Assembly: GCA_963749235.1 (NCBI GenBank)
Contig: CAVVLV010000001.1
Span: forward strand, 410,989-474,988
DNA from: an uncultured Thermoplasmata archaeon
GTDB lineage: Archaea; Thermoplasmatota; Thermoplasmata; Lutacidiplasmatales; UBA184
DNA length: 64,000 nt
Direction: 5' to 3'
Shown: positions 36,987-47,753 of the stretch, piece after piece
How positions within the stretch are numbered: position 1 is the stretch's first letter
How the letters are laid out: each line of letters begins with the position of its first letter
Notes under the pieces: model-generated
Told to the model about the DNA's origin: nothing
Database searches by the model: none
Seen by the model: only the letters and a program-made list of their open reading frames with translations
Made by a program: the position numbers and the translations under genes

Positions 36987-38025
36987 TTATCCGATCACTC
37001 CCGTGACGTTGGCCAGCCGTTCGGCGGCCTCGCGCGTGAGGCCGTTGTCTCCCAAGATCGTGTAGCGGTCCGGGCGCACCGAGTGCGCCATGACGAGCGC
37101 GTGCACGATCTCCTCCGTCCGGACGCCGAGTTCGCGGGCGGTCGTCGGAGCGCCGATCGTGTGGAGCGCGCTCTTCAATCGACGCCAGTCGCCGCCGTGG
37201 AGGTACATCATCATGATCGCGCCGACCCCGCACTGTTCGCCGTGGAGGCTCGGGTGCTCGCTGACCCGGTCGAGCGCGTGGCTGAAGAGGTGCTCGCTGC
37301 CCGAGCAGGGTCGCGAGGATCCCGCCACGCTCATCGCGATCCCGGCGACCAGGATGGGCCGGATCGCGATCCAGACCGACTCCTCCAAGTTCGGTTTGAT
37401 CGAGGCCGCGTGGTCCATGATCTCCTGGGCCGCGTACTCGGAAAGGGTCGCCGCCGTGCTCGAGTACCTCTTCGTTGCGTAGGCGCACCGCGAGTCGCCA
37501 GTCCAAGACCGCGGTCACATTGGAGATGACGTCCGCACACCCAGAGGCGAGCAGCCGGAACGGCGCCTTCACGATGAGTTCGGTGTCCGCGATGACCCCG
37601 ACCGGTACGGCCGCCTGGGTGCTGGTCGCGGTCGCGCTGCCGTGGATCGACGCGCGCGGGGAGGAGATCCCGTCATGCCCGGCCGAGGTAGGAAGGCTCA
37701 CGAACGGGACCCGAAGGCGGTTCGCGACGACCTTCGTGATATCGATCTTGCTGCCGCCCCCGGCGCCGACCAGGAATCGCGCGCCGGCGGCCCGCGCCTC
37801 CCGTTCCACGCGGTCGACCTCCTCTTCCGTAGCGATGTTCGCGATGATGGTGGATGCGTCGAACTTCGATTCCTTCAAGATCTCGGTCGCCCGGTATCCC
37901 GCGAGCTCGGCGGTCTTCGGTCCGGTGATCACGACGCCCCGGTCCGGGAAATCGAACTGACGGCACGTCGAACCCAGGTCTGCGAGCACCCCGTGGCCGA
38001 CGAGCACGACCCGGGGGAACACCAT
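36987..38025 (-). CDS. egsA: Glycerol-1-phosphate dehydrogenase [NAD(P)+], reading frame interrupted once (~37420-37450)
   Basis: N-terminal Rossmann [12 protein letters not shown] and metal-binding C-terminal half [11 protein letters not shown]...HGEQCGVG lie in adjacent frames. Confidence 0.75.
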
Positions 38026-38143
38026 CCCACGGGCCTTGCCGAAGGGGGAGTCGAGGACCGACGGGGTCGAATGCGCGCGGCCGCCCTCTCCTGACATCCT
38101 CGAGCGGGCGGACGGGGGGAAGGCCCTCTTTAGCCTTCCGTGG

Positions 38144-38842
38144 CTATCGGCCGGGGACCTCGCCCCAGAGCACCTTGTGCTCTTGGAGCATGACGCGAAC
38201 ATCCAGGCGGTCAGCGAGGACCCAATCGGCGAGTCGGCCCGCGTCGGTTCCCCATACCGGCTGGAAGACGATCGTGGCCGGACCCGAGTACTTTCGAACG
38301 ACGCGTCTCGCGTACAAGTAGTCCGCTCGATCGCTGACCACGAATTTCATCACGTCCCCCGACCGGAGGAGGGGGAGGTTGGCCCACCGGTTCTTCCCCT
38401 GCATCTTCGAGCTGGGACACTTCACGTCCACGCTCAGGATCACCCGAGGGAGATCCAGGTACGGAGTGACATCGAGCGACCCCCCGGTTTCGATCACGGT
38501 CGTGAGTCCCCGGTGGGAAATCTGGCGGACGAGGTCGACCGACTCCCGTTGGAGCAGCGGCTCCCCTCCGGTGAGGCAGACATACCGGGTGTGGTGCCGG
38601 GACACATCGCGGAGCAGCGACGGGATGGATCGCTCGCGGCCCGGCCCGAACGAGTACGCCGTGTCGCACCAAGCGCACCGGAGATTGCATCGAGCGGTCC
38701 GGATGAAGGTGGTGCGCACTCCGGAGAGGGGGCCCTCTCCCTGCACCGAGTGGAAGACCTCGATAATCCGCACGAAAGTGCACTCTGGTCCGAACCACAT
38801 TAGGCTTCGGGCCCGGAGATTTCGGACCGTCGCGCTTCCCAA
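38144..38842 (-). CDS. queE: 7-carboxy-7-deazaguanine synthase (radical SAM)
   Basis: CNLRCAWCDT cluster; QueE-like length. Confidence 0.75.
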   Translation of the reverse strand: MGSATVRNLRARSLMWFGPECTFVRIIEVFHSVQGEGPLSGVRTTFIRTARCNLRCAWCDTAYSFGPGRERSIPSLLRDVSRHHTRYVCLTGGEPLLQRESVDLVRQISHRGLTTVIETGGSLDVTPYLDLPRVILSVDVKCPSSKMQGKNRWANLPLLRSGDVMKFVVSDRADYLYARRVVRKYSGPATIVFQPVWGTDAGRLADWVLADRLDVRVMLQEHKVLWGEVPGR

Positions 38843-38880
38843 GAATCCCTCATATACGGTGGCCGGGTCGAACTCCCCCG

Positions 38881-41779
38881 ATGCCGCTCCCCGACGCTGC
38901 CCGATGGCCGGAGGCGTGGGCCGGCGCTGGGCTCGCGCGGGCTCACCGGATCCCCGGGCGACGCAAGTTCTTCGCGTTGGTCGCCTATCCGGGTCCGAGT
39001 GGCTTCCTCCACGTCGGTCACCTGCGCGGGTACGCGTACGCCGACGTGCTCCACCGATACCATCGCACGACCGGGGCCCAGGTCCTCTTCCCGTTCGGGG
39101 TACACGCCTCGGGTCTTCCGGCCGTGACGTGGGCCCATCGCGTCAAGGAGCGAGAGCCCGCCACAATGGCCCAGCTCGAGGAGCGCGGGGTGGATGCGGC
39201 GACCGTCGCCCGGATCGAGGACCCGGAGGAAGCCGCCCGGTTCCTCGGTCGGGAGTATCTCCGCGTACTCCGGCGCCTGGGCGTGCTCGTCGATGAGGCG
39301 ACCTTCGCGACGACGGTGGACGAGGATTACCGGGCGTTCATCCGTTGGCAGTTTCTTGCGCTGCGGGAGGCCGGGGCGCTCGTCCAGGGCACCTACTTCG
39401 CCTCGGTCTGTCCGGTCTGCGGCCCGGTCGCGGTCGATCCGTCGGAGACCGACCTGTCGTCCGGCGGCGACGCAGAAACGATCCGCTTCACTACGGTCCC
39501 GTTCCGCCTGGAGGACGGCCGGGTCCTTCTGGCGGCCACGTTGCGACCGGAGACGGTGTACGGCGTGACCAACCTCTGGCTCGCCCCGGAAGAACGGCTC
39601 GTGGCGTGGCATCACGCAGGCGGGACGTTCCTCCTGGCCCGGGCCGGGGCGGAACGGATGGTCGAACAGCATGGGGGCCACGTCGGTCACGAGATCGCTG
39701 CCTCGGAGCTCCTCGGCCGGGAGGTCCTGGTCCCGCTCCGCGACGTACGGGTGCCCATCCTCGAGAGCCCTCTGGTCGACCCGGTGGTGGGTTCCGGCGT
39801 GGTGATGTCGGTCCCGGCGCACGCGCCGGCGGACGCGGCGGCCCTCCGGGCGCTGCCCTCGGCCTCCCGTGCTCGGATCGGCGAACCCACCGTCCTCCTC
39901 GAGATCGGGCCGGAGGCTTTGAGCTCCTCCGAGAGTGAGCTCACTATCGGCGAGGGACTTCCCGCCGAGCGTGCGCTCCGGGCGGCCGGCGCCAAGGGGC
40001 TCGCCGACCGGGACGGTCTGGCCCAGGCGACCGAGCGCCTGTACCGACTTGAATTCCTCCACGGCCGCATGACGATCGCGGCGCTCGCTGGAGTTCCTGT
40101 CCGCGAGGCCCGGGACCGGGTGGCGGCCGTTCTGCGGGAGCAGGGAGCCGGGCTCGAGATGCAGGAGTTCTCGAAGCCGGTCGTCTGCCGCAACGGACAC
40201 TCGGTCGTAATCCGTCGAGTCCCCGACCAGTGGTTCCTCCACTACGGGGACCCCGAGTGGAAGGCGGCCACCCTTGCCGCGACGGCGAACCTGTTGACCG
40301 CTCCCCCTGAGTACGGTCGGGAGCTCCCGTCGATCCTGGATTGGTTCGCAGATCGACCTTGCACCCGCAAGGGTCCTTGGCTAGGGACGCCCTTCCCCCT
40401 CGACCCGGCCTGGACGATCGAGCCGATCGCGGACTCGACGTTCTACATGGCCTACTTCGTGGTCCGACGGTTCGTCTCGGCCGGTCGACTCCGATCCGAA
40501 CAGTTGACCCCTGCCTTCTTTGAATTCGTCTTCCGGGGTCGGGGGACGGGAGAGCCCACCGTCGACCGGGCCCTCCTGGAGGAGGTACGCTCCGAGTTCC
40601 TGTACTGGTATCCGCTCGACCTAAACATCGGTGGGAAGGAACACAAACGCGTCCACTTCCCGGTGTTTCTCTACACCCACGTCCGGTTGCTTCCACCCGA
40701 GCTCCAGCCGAAGGGGATCTTGGTGCACGGCTGGACGACGGGGCCCGCGGGCGTGAAGATCTCGAAGAAGGAGATCTCGGCCAAGGGCGGTCGAATCCCT
40801 CCGATCGACCAGGGGATGGACCGATGGGGGCCGGATGGCCTTCGCCTCTACTACATCACGTCGGCCTCACCGGCTCAAGATATCGAGTTCGACCCCACCA
40901 CCGTCGACGCCGCCACCCAGCGGGTCGACGACGTCGGACGGTTGGTCCGGGAGACGGTCGGAGACGGCCGGGGACCGCCGGAGCTCGATGCCTGGTTGAT
41001 CTCCCGTACCCACGACTGGGTCCGACGCCGCCCGGGAGGCGTTCGAGGGGATGGACCTCCGGAGGGCCGCGGAGATCGTCTACGTGGAGGTCCCCGCGCT
41101 CGTCCGCCGGTACTACGCTCGCGGTGGGGCCGCGGGGGCCGCCACCGACCGGGTGGGGCGGTCGTGGATCCGCTTCCTCGGGCCCATCACCCCCTTCCTC
41201 GCCGAGGAGCTCGGCGCGGGGCGGGAGAGCGCCCTGGTTGCCTCCCTCCCTTTGCCAACGCCCGACGCATTTGTCGAATCTCCCGAAGCGGAGGCCCGGG
41301 AAACCTTCCTGGACCGGGTGGAGGAGGACCTTCGGGCCGTGCTGCGAGCCGCCGAGGGGCGGGGCGGCGCCCCGCCCGAGGAGGTCATCTTCTACGTCGC
41401 GGCACCCTGGAAGGCGACGGTCGAGAGCTGGCTCCGGGAGGAGGGAGACCGACGCGAGCCGGTGGGGGTGCGCGAGATCATGGCGCGGACGAGCTCCCAT
41501 CCCGAACTGGCCGCCCATCGGGCCGAGATCCCCCGGTACGTGGAGCGCGTCGGGTCACTGCTGCGGTCCGAGGAGGCCGTCCCGCCGTCCGGCTTGGACG
41601 AGGTCACGACGCTCCGGTCTTCGGAGGCTTACCTTACTCGACGGTTCGGCTTCCGTTCTGTGGCGGTCTACACCGAGTCCGAGGCGGCGCCCCATGATCC
41701 CAAAGGACGACGCGAACGTGCCCGACCGGGGCGGCCCGCGTTCTATCTGGTCGGTGGGAACCCGCCTACGACTGGGTGA
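38881..41779 (+). CDS. leuS: Leucyl-tRNA synthetase, archaeal type, reading frame interrupted once (~41020-41050)
   Basis: HVGHLRGY (HIGH), KISKK-like KMSKS region, anticodon-binding C-terminus continues in adjacent frame. Confidence 0.8.
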
Positions 41780-41798
41780 CGCGGCGCACCGGCCCCGA

Positions 41799-42360
41799 TC
41801 AGCGCAACGGACGCCGGGCTCGCTTCGGGAAATTCAGGTACATCCGCGACGGGGTCGGGTGCGAAGAAACGCGTCGGTACTTCGCGGAGCTCTTGTCGGA
41901 GTAGCTCCGTCGGATCGGTCCCGAGATCTCGAAATAGATCAGCTGGCCGACCGGCATCTTCGCGTAGATCCGGACCGGCACCTTGACGCTCATCTCGAGC
42001 GTCCAGTAGTTGCAGAACCCCTCGTCCCCCTTTCCGGCGGTCGAGTGGATATCGATACCAAGCCGCCCGACGCTCGACTTCCCCTCGAGGAACGGGACGA
42101 ACCCGTGCGTTTCCGTGTACTCTTCGGTTACGCCCAGGTAGAGTTGCGCCGGGGATGAGCACGAAGCCGCTCGGGGGGATCCGGAATTCCCGCACCGGAT
42201 TCGCACGCTTCGCGTCGAGGGCCCCGGAGCGGTAGACGGACAGGTACGGTCCCAGGTGAACATCGTACGAGTTCGTCCCCAAGCAGTCGGCCCGGAACGG
42301 TCGGATGACGATCCGGCCCCGGTCCATCTCTTCGCGGATCTTCGCGTCCGAGAGGATCAT
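41799..42360 (-). CDS. dcd: dCTP deaminase, reading frame interrupted once
   Basis: N-terminal MILSDAKIREEMDRGRIVI...GTNSYDVHLG and C-terminal GKSSVGRLGIDIHSTAG in adjacent frames. Confidence 0.7.
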
Positions 42361-42392
42361 GCGGACCGGGGGGCGCGACCCGGCCGCGCTAT

Positions 42393-43253
42393 TTAACGGA
42401 GGGCGGGAGCGGCGTCGCGCTTTCGAGCAACAACGACGCGTACCCCACCACGTCCCGCATCGGGGTCGCCTCCCCCGAGTGGCCCCAACGGAGTAGCCGG
42501 ACCGAAAGCGGTTCGTCGGCGAGAGCGGCGAGCAGTCACGGTCGTGGGGGCGATCCCGCACATGGAGATCTCCTGCTCCGTCACGGTGTCGTAGAGTCCG
42601 CGCGCGTCGCGCGCCCGAATCCGGTCGATCGCCAGCGCGTCCAGCCGTCGGGCCGTCGCCGCGGGAACGTAGTGGGAGAAGTCCGTCGACGCGAGGAGCA
42701 GTACGTCGCGGTCCGTGACCGCGGCTCGGACGACCCGGGCGACCTCTTCGAGGCGGGCGAACGAATCGAACCCGACCTCGAGCGCCACGAACCGGGGGTG
42801 CGGGAGCACGTACTCGAGGAACGGGAGCTGGATCTCGATCGAGTGCTCCCGAGCGTGGGCGGCCTCATCGACCTCCAGCGGAGGATGGTCGAGGGCTCCC
42901 CGGAGGGTTGGGTCGCATGCGGTCGGGCCGAGCGGGGTCTTCCAATCCCGAGCGGAGAGCGCGGCCCCGCGGCTCGCCCCGTAGTGGTCCACGCCCAGGA
43001 TCAGGACCGATTCCGGCGGTCGTTCGCCGGCGATCGCGTAGTAGGCGAGGGCCGCGATGGGTCCGGAATACTCATACCCCGCATGCGGGACGACCCCCGC
43101 CCGGATGTGCCGCGTCGGGGCCCGTTGGCGGGACGGCAGGTCACCGGGGCCGCGGTCGGAACGGAAACACCCCTCGAGCTGATGGGCCAAGTCGGCCCCG
43201 TCCTCCTCATAGAACTGTCCGGCGAAGGCGGGGAGACGGAGCTTGGTCGACAC
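42393..43253 (-). CDS. AmmeMemoRadiSam system protein B (MEMO1 family)
   Basis: VVPHAGYEYSG and LGVDHYG motifs. Confidence 0.7.
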   Translation of the reverse strand: MSTKLRLPAFAGQFYEEDGADLAHQLEGCFRSDRGPGDLPSRQRAPTRHIRAGVVPHAGYEYSGPIAALAYYAIAGERPPESVLILGVDHYGASRGAALSARDWKTPLGPTACDPTLRGALDHPPLEVDEAAHAREHSIEIQLPFLEYVLPHPRFVALEVGFDSFARLEEVARVVRAAVTDRDVLLLASTDFSHYVPAATARRLDALAIDRIRARDARGLYDTVTEQEISMCGIAPTTVTARRSRRRTAFGPATPLGPLGGGDPDAGRGGVRVVVARKRDAAPALR

Positions 43254-43259
43254 GGTCCC

Positions 43260-43736
43260 CTACGGCGGCCGAAGCAATGCCACGACCGGCTCGGCGTCGG
43301 ATTTCTCGAGAGGTACGCGCGAACGGGGGTGGAAGGGGTTGGCCTCCCCGTACCGCGGGATCACATGGAAATGGACGTGGAAGACAATCTGGCCGGCGGG
43401 CGCGCCGGCGTTCAGCGCGACGTTGTAGTCGGGGGCGAGTCGCCCGACCCGCCGGCACATCCGGTCCAGGGTCCGGATGAGCGAGAACTGCTGCGCCTCG
43501 GGAAGGTCGGTGAGCCGCTCGCCGTGATGTTTCGGGATGACGAGGAAGTGGCCCCGCGTGAACGGGAAGATGTCAAGGAAGGCCATGGTCGTGGCGTCCT
43601 CATACAGCAGGTAGGACGGAGCCCGGCCGGCGATGATCTCGCAGAATACGCAGGCGGGTCGCTCCGACGCGCCAGGAGAGGGCATCGAGGAAGCGAACCG
43701 CCCCGGCGTCCTAAAGGGTTGCCTCGCCCGGATCAT
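43260..43736 (-). CDS. HIT-family (histidine triad) hydrolase
   Basis: CVFCEII and HVHFHVIPR motifs. Confidence 0.75.
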   Translation of the reverse strand: MIRARQPFRTPGRFASSMPSPGASERPACVFCEIIAGRAPSYLLYEDATTMAFLDIFPFTRGHFLVIPKHHGERLTDLPEAQQFSLIRTLDRMCRRVGRLAPDYNVALNAGAPAGQIVFHVHFHVIPRYGEANPFHPRSRVPLEKSDAEPVVALLRPP

Positions 43737-43784
43737 TCCGGGGTGGGGCGAGCCTCATTAGGGGTGCCCCGCTAGTCTTCCACC

Positions 43785-46112
43785 ATGCGCCTTCCCACCG
43801 CCGCGAGCGTGCTCTTCGTGACCGTGGTCCTGCTCCTCCTGACCCCCGTCGGGTCCGTGGGGAGCCCGATGCCCCGGGCGGCCCCGGCCCCGGCGCCCGC
43901 GCTCACGACGGACGCGCTGCCGCTTCCCGCCGGTGCCCCTTCCGCGCCGCTCGCCGCCGACGTGTCGGTCGGGATCACCCTGACCCTGCCCTTCTCCCAT
44001 TCCGCCCAGCTGGCCACCTTCCTCTCGGCGGTCGAGGATCCCGCCGCCGCGGAGTATCGTCAGTTCCTCTCCGCCCCCGAATTCCGCGCCGAATTCGACC
44101 CGAGCTCCGCGACGGTCGCGGCGGTCTCCGAGGAATTGCTCTCCCAAGGAGCGACCCAACTTTCGGTCGGGCCGGACCGGGCGACCGTCAGCGCGGTCCT
44201 ACCGGCCGGCGCGGTCGATTCGCTGTTCGGAGTCCAACTTCGGGTCTTCGGCGTCCACGACGGGACCCCGATATACACCGCGGTCGGCACGGCTTCCCTG
44301 CCTTCCGGGCTGGCGGGTATCGTCTCGGGGATCGGCGGCCTCACCGACGCTGCCAACCTCGCCGTCAGCCTCGAAATGACGCAGTCGCTGCCTCGTCCCT
44401 TCCCCGTTCGGGACCCGGGCGCGTTCGTCGATTCGAACACCTCGCAGCAGTGGTTCGTCGGGTCGGACTACACGCAAGCGTACGGGGCGAGCGAGCTCCT
44501 TCCCGGAGGTTCGCTGGGGGTGAAAGCGACGTACCCGACCCACGTCGCGATCGCGACCCTCCTGTTCAGCTCCTGGAACCAGTCGTCGAACACGAACCTG
44601 CCGCCGTGGGACCCGAACGTCGTCTACACGTACTTCAACAACACGTCCGCGCCGGGGTGGCCCCACCCGCACCTGGTCGGCGTACCGGTCACCATCAACG
44701 GGGTGACCGCCCCGTTGCCGGCCTCGCTCGGAGCGGTGAACGATTCGTCGGGGGCGGAGTTCGAAAACTCCCTGGACCTCGAGATGGCCGAGGACCTCGC
44801 CCCCGGGGCCTCCATCTTCAACTTCTACGTTCCGGGGACGACGGTGCAGGCCGGGGCCCTCACGGACGTGGCGGACGACCTTTCGGAGGCGCTCTCGGCC
44901 GCGCTCAATTACCCCTATTCCAACCTCACGCTCGGCGTCGTGAGCGGCTCGTTCGGGCTGCCGGACCTGAACGACACGGCATGGAACTCGGCGCTCCAAG
45001 AAGCGGCCGCCACGGGCGTGACGGTCGCGATCGCGAGCGGCGACCAGGGGGACGCTCCCAACGCCGTCTCCGGGCGGTCCGCGGGACCGTGGCCGACCTG
45101 GCCGGCGACCGCTGCCTTCCAGACGAGCGGGGTCCTATCGGTCGGGGGAGTCTCGATCTCGATCCACGGCACCCCGACGGCCATCTACAACGGGAACGAA
45201 CTCAACGTCACCTACGATTCCAACGAGACCGGTATTTCGGGGATGGTCGCCTGGTGGAACGACCAGGGACCTCAGGGAGGCTGGGCGGGGTCGGAAGGGG
45301 GCCTCAGCACGGTGATCCCGGAGCCGGCCTGGCAGTTCGATTCCGCGGCCCAACCCGCGATCGCTGCCGCCGGGAATCTCCAAGGAACGGGGTTCCTCGG
45401 CCGCGCCGGACCGGACCTCGCGTTCCCCGCGAACGCCACGCTCGCCTATGTCTACGCGGACGCGCAGGAGAACCTGTACTTTGACGTCCTCGCCGGGACC
45501 AGCGTGTCGGCGCCGCTCTTCGCCGGGTTCCTGGCCGACGAGATCGCCGTAAGCGGCCATTCGTTCGGCTACCTGGACCCCGAACTGTACCGGATGGGGA
45601 GCTTCTTCGCGAACACTTCCCTCTCCTCCGACCCCTTCCTGGATGTCACGGTCGGCAACAACTACGTCTTTTCCGCGGGACCTGGCTGGGACGCGACGAC
45701 CGGCTGGGGCGGGCTCGCCGCCCCGCTCCTTTTCGCCGCGCTCGCGAATTCGACCGTCGACAACTACACCTACACGGGTCCCACGCCCGGCCTGGGCACT
45801 CCGTCCAGCTCGTCCAACCAGTTCCCATGGGTGGCGGTCGTACTCATCGTCGTCCTCGGGATCGCGTCCGCGGTGGCGCTGGCGATCGCCTTCGGCCGTC
45901 CGCGCCGGTCGGGGCCGGCGGCACCCCCGTCGGCCGTATGGGGCCCCCCACCCGGTTACGCGATGCCGTCATCGGGGCCTCGCGACCTCTACGGGATGCC
46001 CCCTCCGACGGGAATGCCGCTGCCTGCGTCCGGAGCGACCTTCCTCTGCCCGTACTGCGGCGCTCCGCGCCCGGCGGAGCCGGTGCGGTGCCCGCGCTGC
46101 GGCGCATTGTGA
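43785..46112 (+). CDS. Sedolisin-like (S53) serine peptidase with pro-domain, C-terminal TM anchor and terminal zinc ribbon
   Basis: N-terminal signal, pro-kumamolisin-like activation domain, GTSVSAP catalytic-Ser motif, SGDQGD; TM WVAVVLIVVLGIASAVALAIAF then RPRRSG + Pro-rich + CPYCG...CPRCG. Confidence 0.7.
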   Translation: MRLPTAASVLFVTVVLLLLTPVGSVGSPMPRAAPAPAPALTTDALPLPAGAPSAPLAADVSVGITLTLPFSHSAQLATFLSAVEDPAAAEYRQFLSAPEFRAEFDPSSATVAAVSEELLSQGATQLSVGPDRATVSAVLPAGAVDSLFGVQLRVFGVHDGTPIYTAVGTASLPSGLAGIVSGIGGLTDAANLAVSLEMTQSLPRPFPVRDPGAFVDSNTSQQWFVGSDYTQAYGASELLPGGSLGVKATYPTHVAIATLLFSSWNQSSNTNLPPWDPNVVYTYFNNTSAPGWPHPHLVGVPVTINGVTAPLPASLGAVNDSSGAEFENSLDLEMAEDLAPGASIFNFYVPGTTVQAGALTDVADDLSEALSAALNYPYSNLTLGVVSGSFGLPDLNDTAWNSALQEAAATGVTVAIASGDQGDAPNAVSGRSAGPWPTWPATAAFQTSGVLSVGGVSISIHGTPTAIYNGNELNVTYDSNETGISGMVAWWNDQGPQGGWAGSEGGLSTVIPEPAWQFDSAAQPAIAAAGNLQGTGFLGRAGPDLAFPANATLAYVYADAQENLYFDVLAGTSVSAPLFAGFLADEIAVSGHSFGYLDPELYRMGSFFANTSLSSDPFLDVTVGNNYVFSAGPGWDATTGWGGLAAPLLFAALANSTVDNYTYTGPTPGLGTPSSSSNQFPWVAVVLIVVLGIASAVALAIAFGRPRRSGPAAPPSAVWGPPPGYAMPSSGPRDLYGMPPPTGMPLPASGATFLCPYCGAPRPAEPVRCPRCGAL

Positions 46113-46149
46113 TCGGGACGTCCGCTCCGGACCCGTCGACCGCGGCCCG

Positions 46150-46785
46150 TTAGGGGGCCGGGGGCGCGACCTCGAGGGTCGGCTCCGTCGGTTCGGGCGA
46201 CTCGGGGCCGGGAGCGTCGGGGCCCGAGGAAGCGGTCGCCTCAGGTGGGGCGGTGGCGACCGGCGCCGGCGGGACGCCGAGCTTCTGCTCCAGGAACCGG
46301 CGGATCTCCTCCGGTCGCGTCGAGGCGATGCCGAAGTACTCGGCGAAGCGCTTGGTCGTCGTGAGCTCGAGCGTGGAACCTTTGGGATCGGTCTTGACGA
46401 GCCCGATCCCGCGGAGGTGCTGGACCTCCTCGTAGGCCACGTCGCCGAGCATCCGGACGAGGTGGCTCTGGAGGATCGGCTGGTGGTAGGCGATGAGCGT
46501 GAGGGCCTTCACGGTCCGGGGCGCCATCTCGACGGGCGTCACCGCGTGGACCGCGGGCACGTACGATTCCTGGAGCTGGAGCGCGTAGCGGTCGCCGACC
46601 CGGCGAACCTCGAGCGCGGACTGGCGGTGCTCGTACGTCTGTTCGAGCGTGCGGACCGCCTTCTGGACGGGGCGGTAGTCGGCGAGCGCGAGCGCGTCGG
46701 TCAGCTCCTTCACGCTCATCGGTTTCCCTGCGGCGAACAGGACGGCCTCGATCTGGAAGACGAGCTCATCGAGCTTGGACGGCAT
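46150..46785 (-). CDS. scpB: Segregation and condensation protein B
   Basis: Tandem winged helices; overlaps scpA stop. Confidence 0.8.
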   Translation of the reverse strand: MPSKLDELVFQIEAVLFAAGKPMSVKELTDALALADYRPVQKAVRTLEQTYEHRQSALEVRRVGDRYALQLQESYVPAVHAVTPVEMAPRTVKALTLIAYHQPILQSHLVRMLGDVAYEEVQHLRGIGLVKTDPKGSTLELTTTKRFAEYFGIASTRPEEIRRFLEQKLGVPPAPVATAPPEATASSGPDAPGPESPEPTEPTLEVAPPAP

Positions 46786-47753
46786 GCATTCCCTCCTTCT
46801 CCACGACCGCGACCCGGGTCTCGGCGGTCCGGACCACCAGGACCGGCGACTGTCCCAGGACCTCCTGACGGAGCTCCACGGAACGCTCCCGGGCGAGGAA
46901 GAGGAGTGCGAGGAAGATGGCGACGAGCCGGTCCCGACCCGAGAGCGGGCTCCAGAGCTCGAGCATCGGGAACTCGGTGCCGACCGGGTGGTGGCAAGCG
47001 GCTTCCCAGGTGTCCAAGAGGTCGTGTTCCGGGATGTCGCCGTGGACGAGCACCTCGGGGGGAGCACGCTGCTCCTCGCGGAGCCGCTCGCGGAGCTCCT
47101 CGACGCGGAGACTCCGTCGTGCATCGGCCTCGGCCTCGCCGAACGCCCGGACCAGCTCCAGGAGCGAGACCGGTCGGGTCTCGGGGTGCCGCACCATCTC
47201 GAGGAGGGGGGGCGGGCTGGCCGAACCGAGAACGCTCGGTCGTCACGTCGACGGCTTCCGGGGTCGTGAGCAGGGGGAGGTATCCTTCGTCCTGGACGTC
47301 GGACGCCATGAGCTCCGGGCTCCCATCCGGGTTGGGCTCGGGGAGGTCCCGGGTCTTCAAGACCGCCTCGGATTGCAAGTAGAGGATGTTCCACGCCATG
47401 TAGACGAGCCGTCCGGCGATCGCGAAGTTCAGGTCGCCGTCCTCGCGGACTCGGTCGAGGTACGACTGGGTGAACTTCACGAGGTCGATCTCCCAGGGGT
47501 CGAACTCCTCGTCCATGACGAGCTCGAACAGGAGCGCGGTCGCCCGCTGGAAGGGGTCGGGGATCACCAGGTGGACGCCCTCCTTCAGGCTCTGGACCAA
47601 CGTGAGGTACCGTTCGAGGACCGGGGCCGCGTCCTCGTTCTCCCCCAGGAGGGAGCGATGGAAGACCAGGTACCGCAGCACCTTCTCCGCGGTCTCCCGC
47701 GGAATGCCGTTCGGCCCGATGAGGTCGGTCGCCTCGGTCGTAGCGAGGCTCAT
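46766..47753 (-). CDS. scpA: Segregation and condensation protein A (kleisin), reading frame interrupted once (~47200)
   Basis: N-terminal kleisin domain and C-terminal winged helix found in adjacent frames; ATGA overlap with smc stop. Confidence 0.7.
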
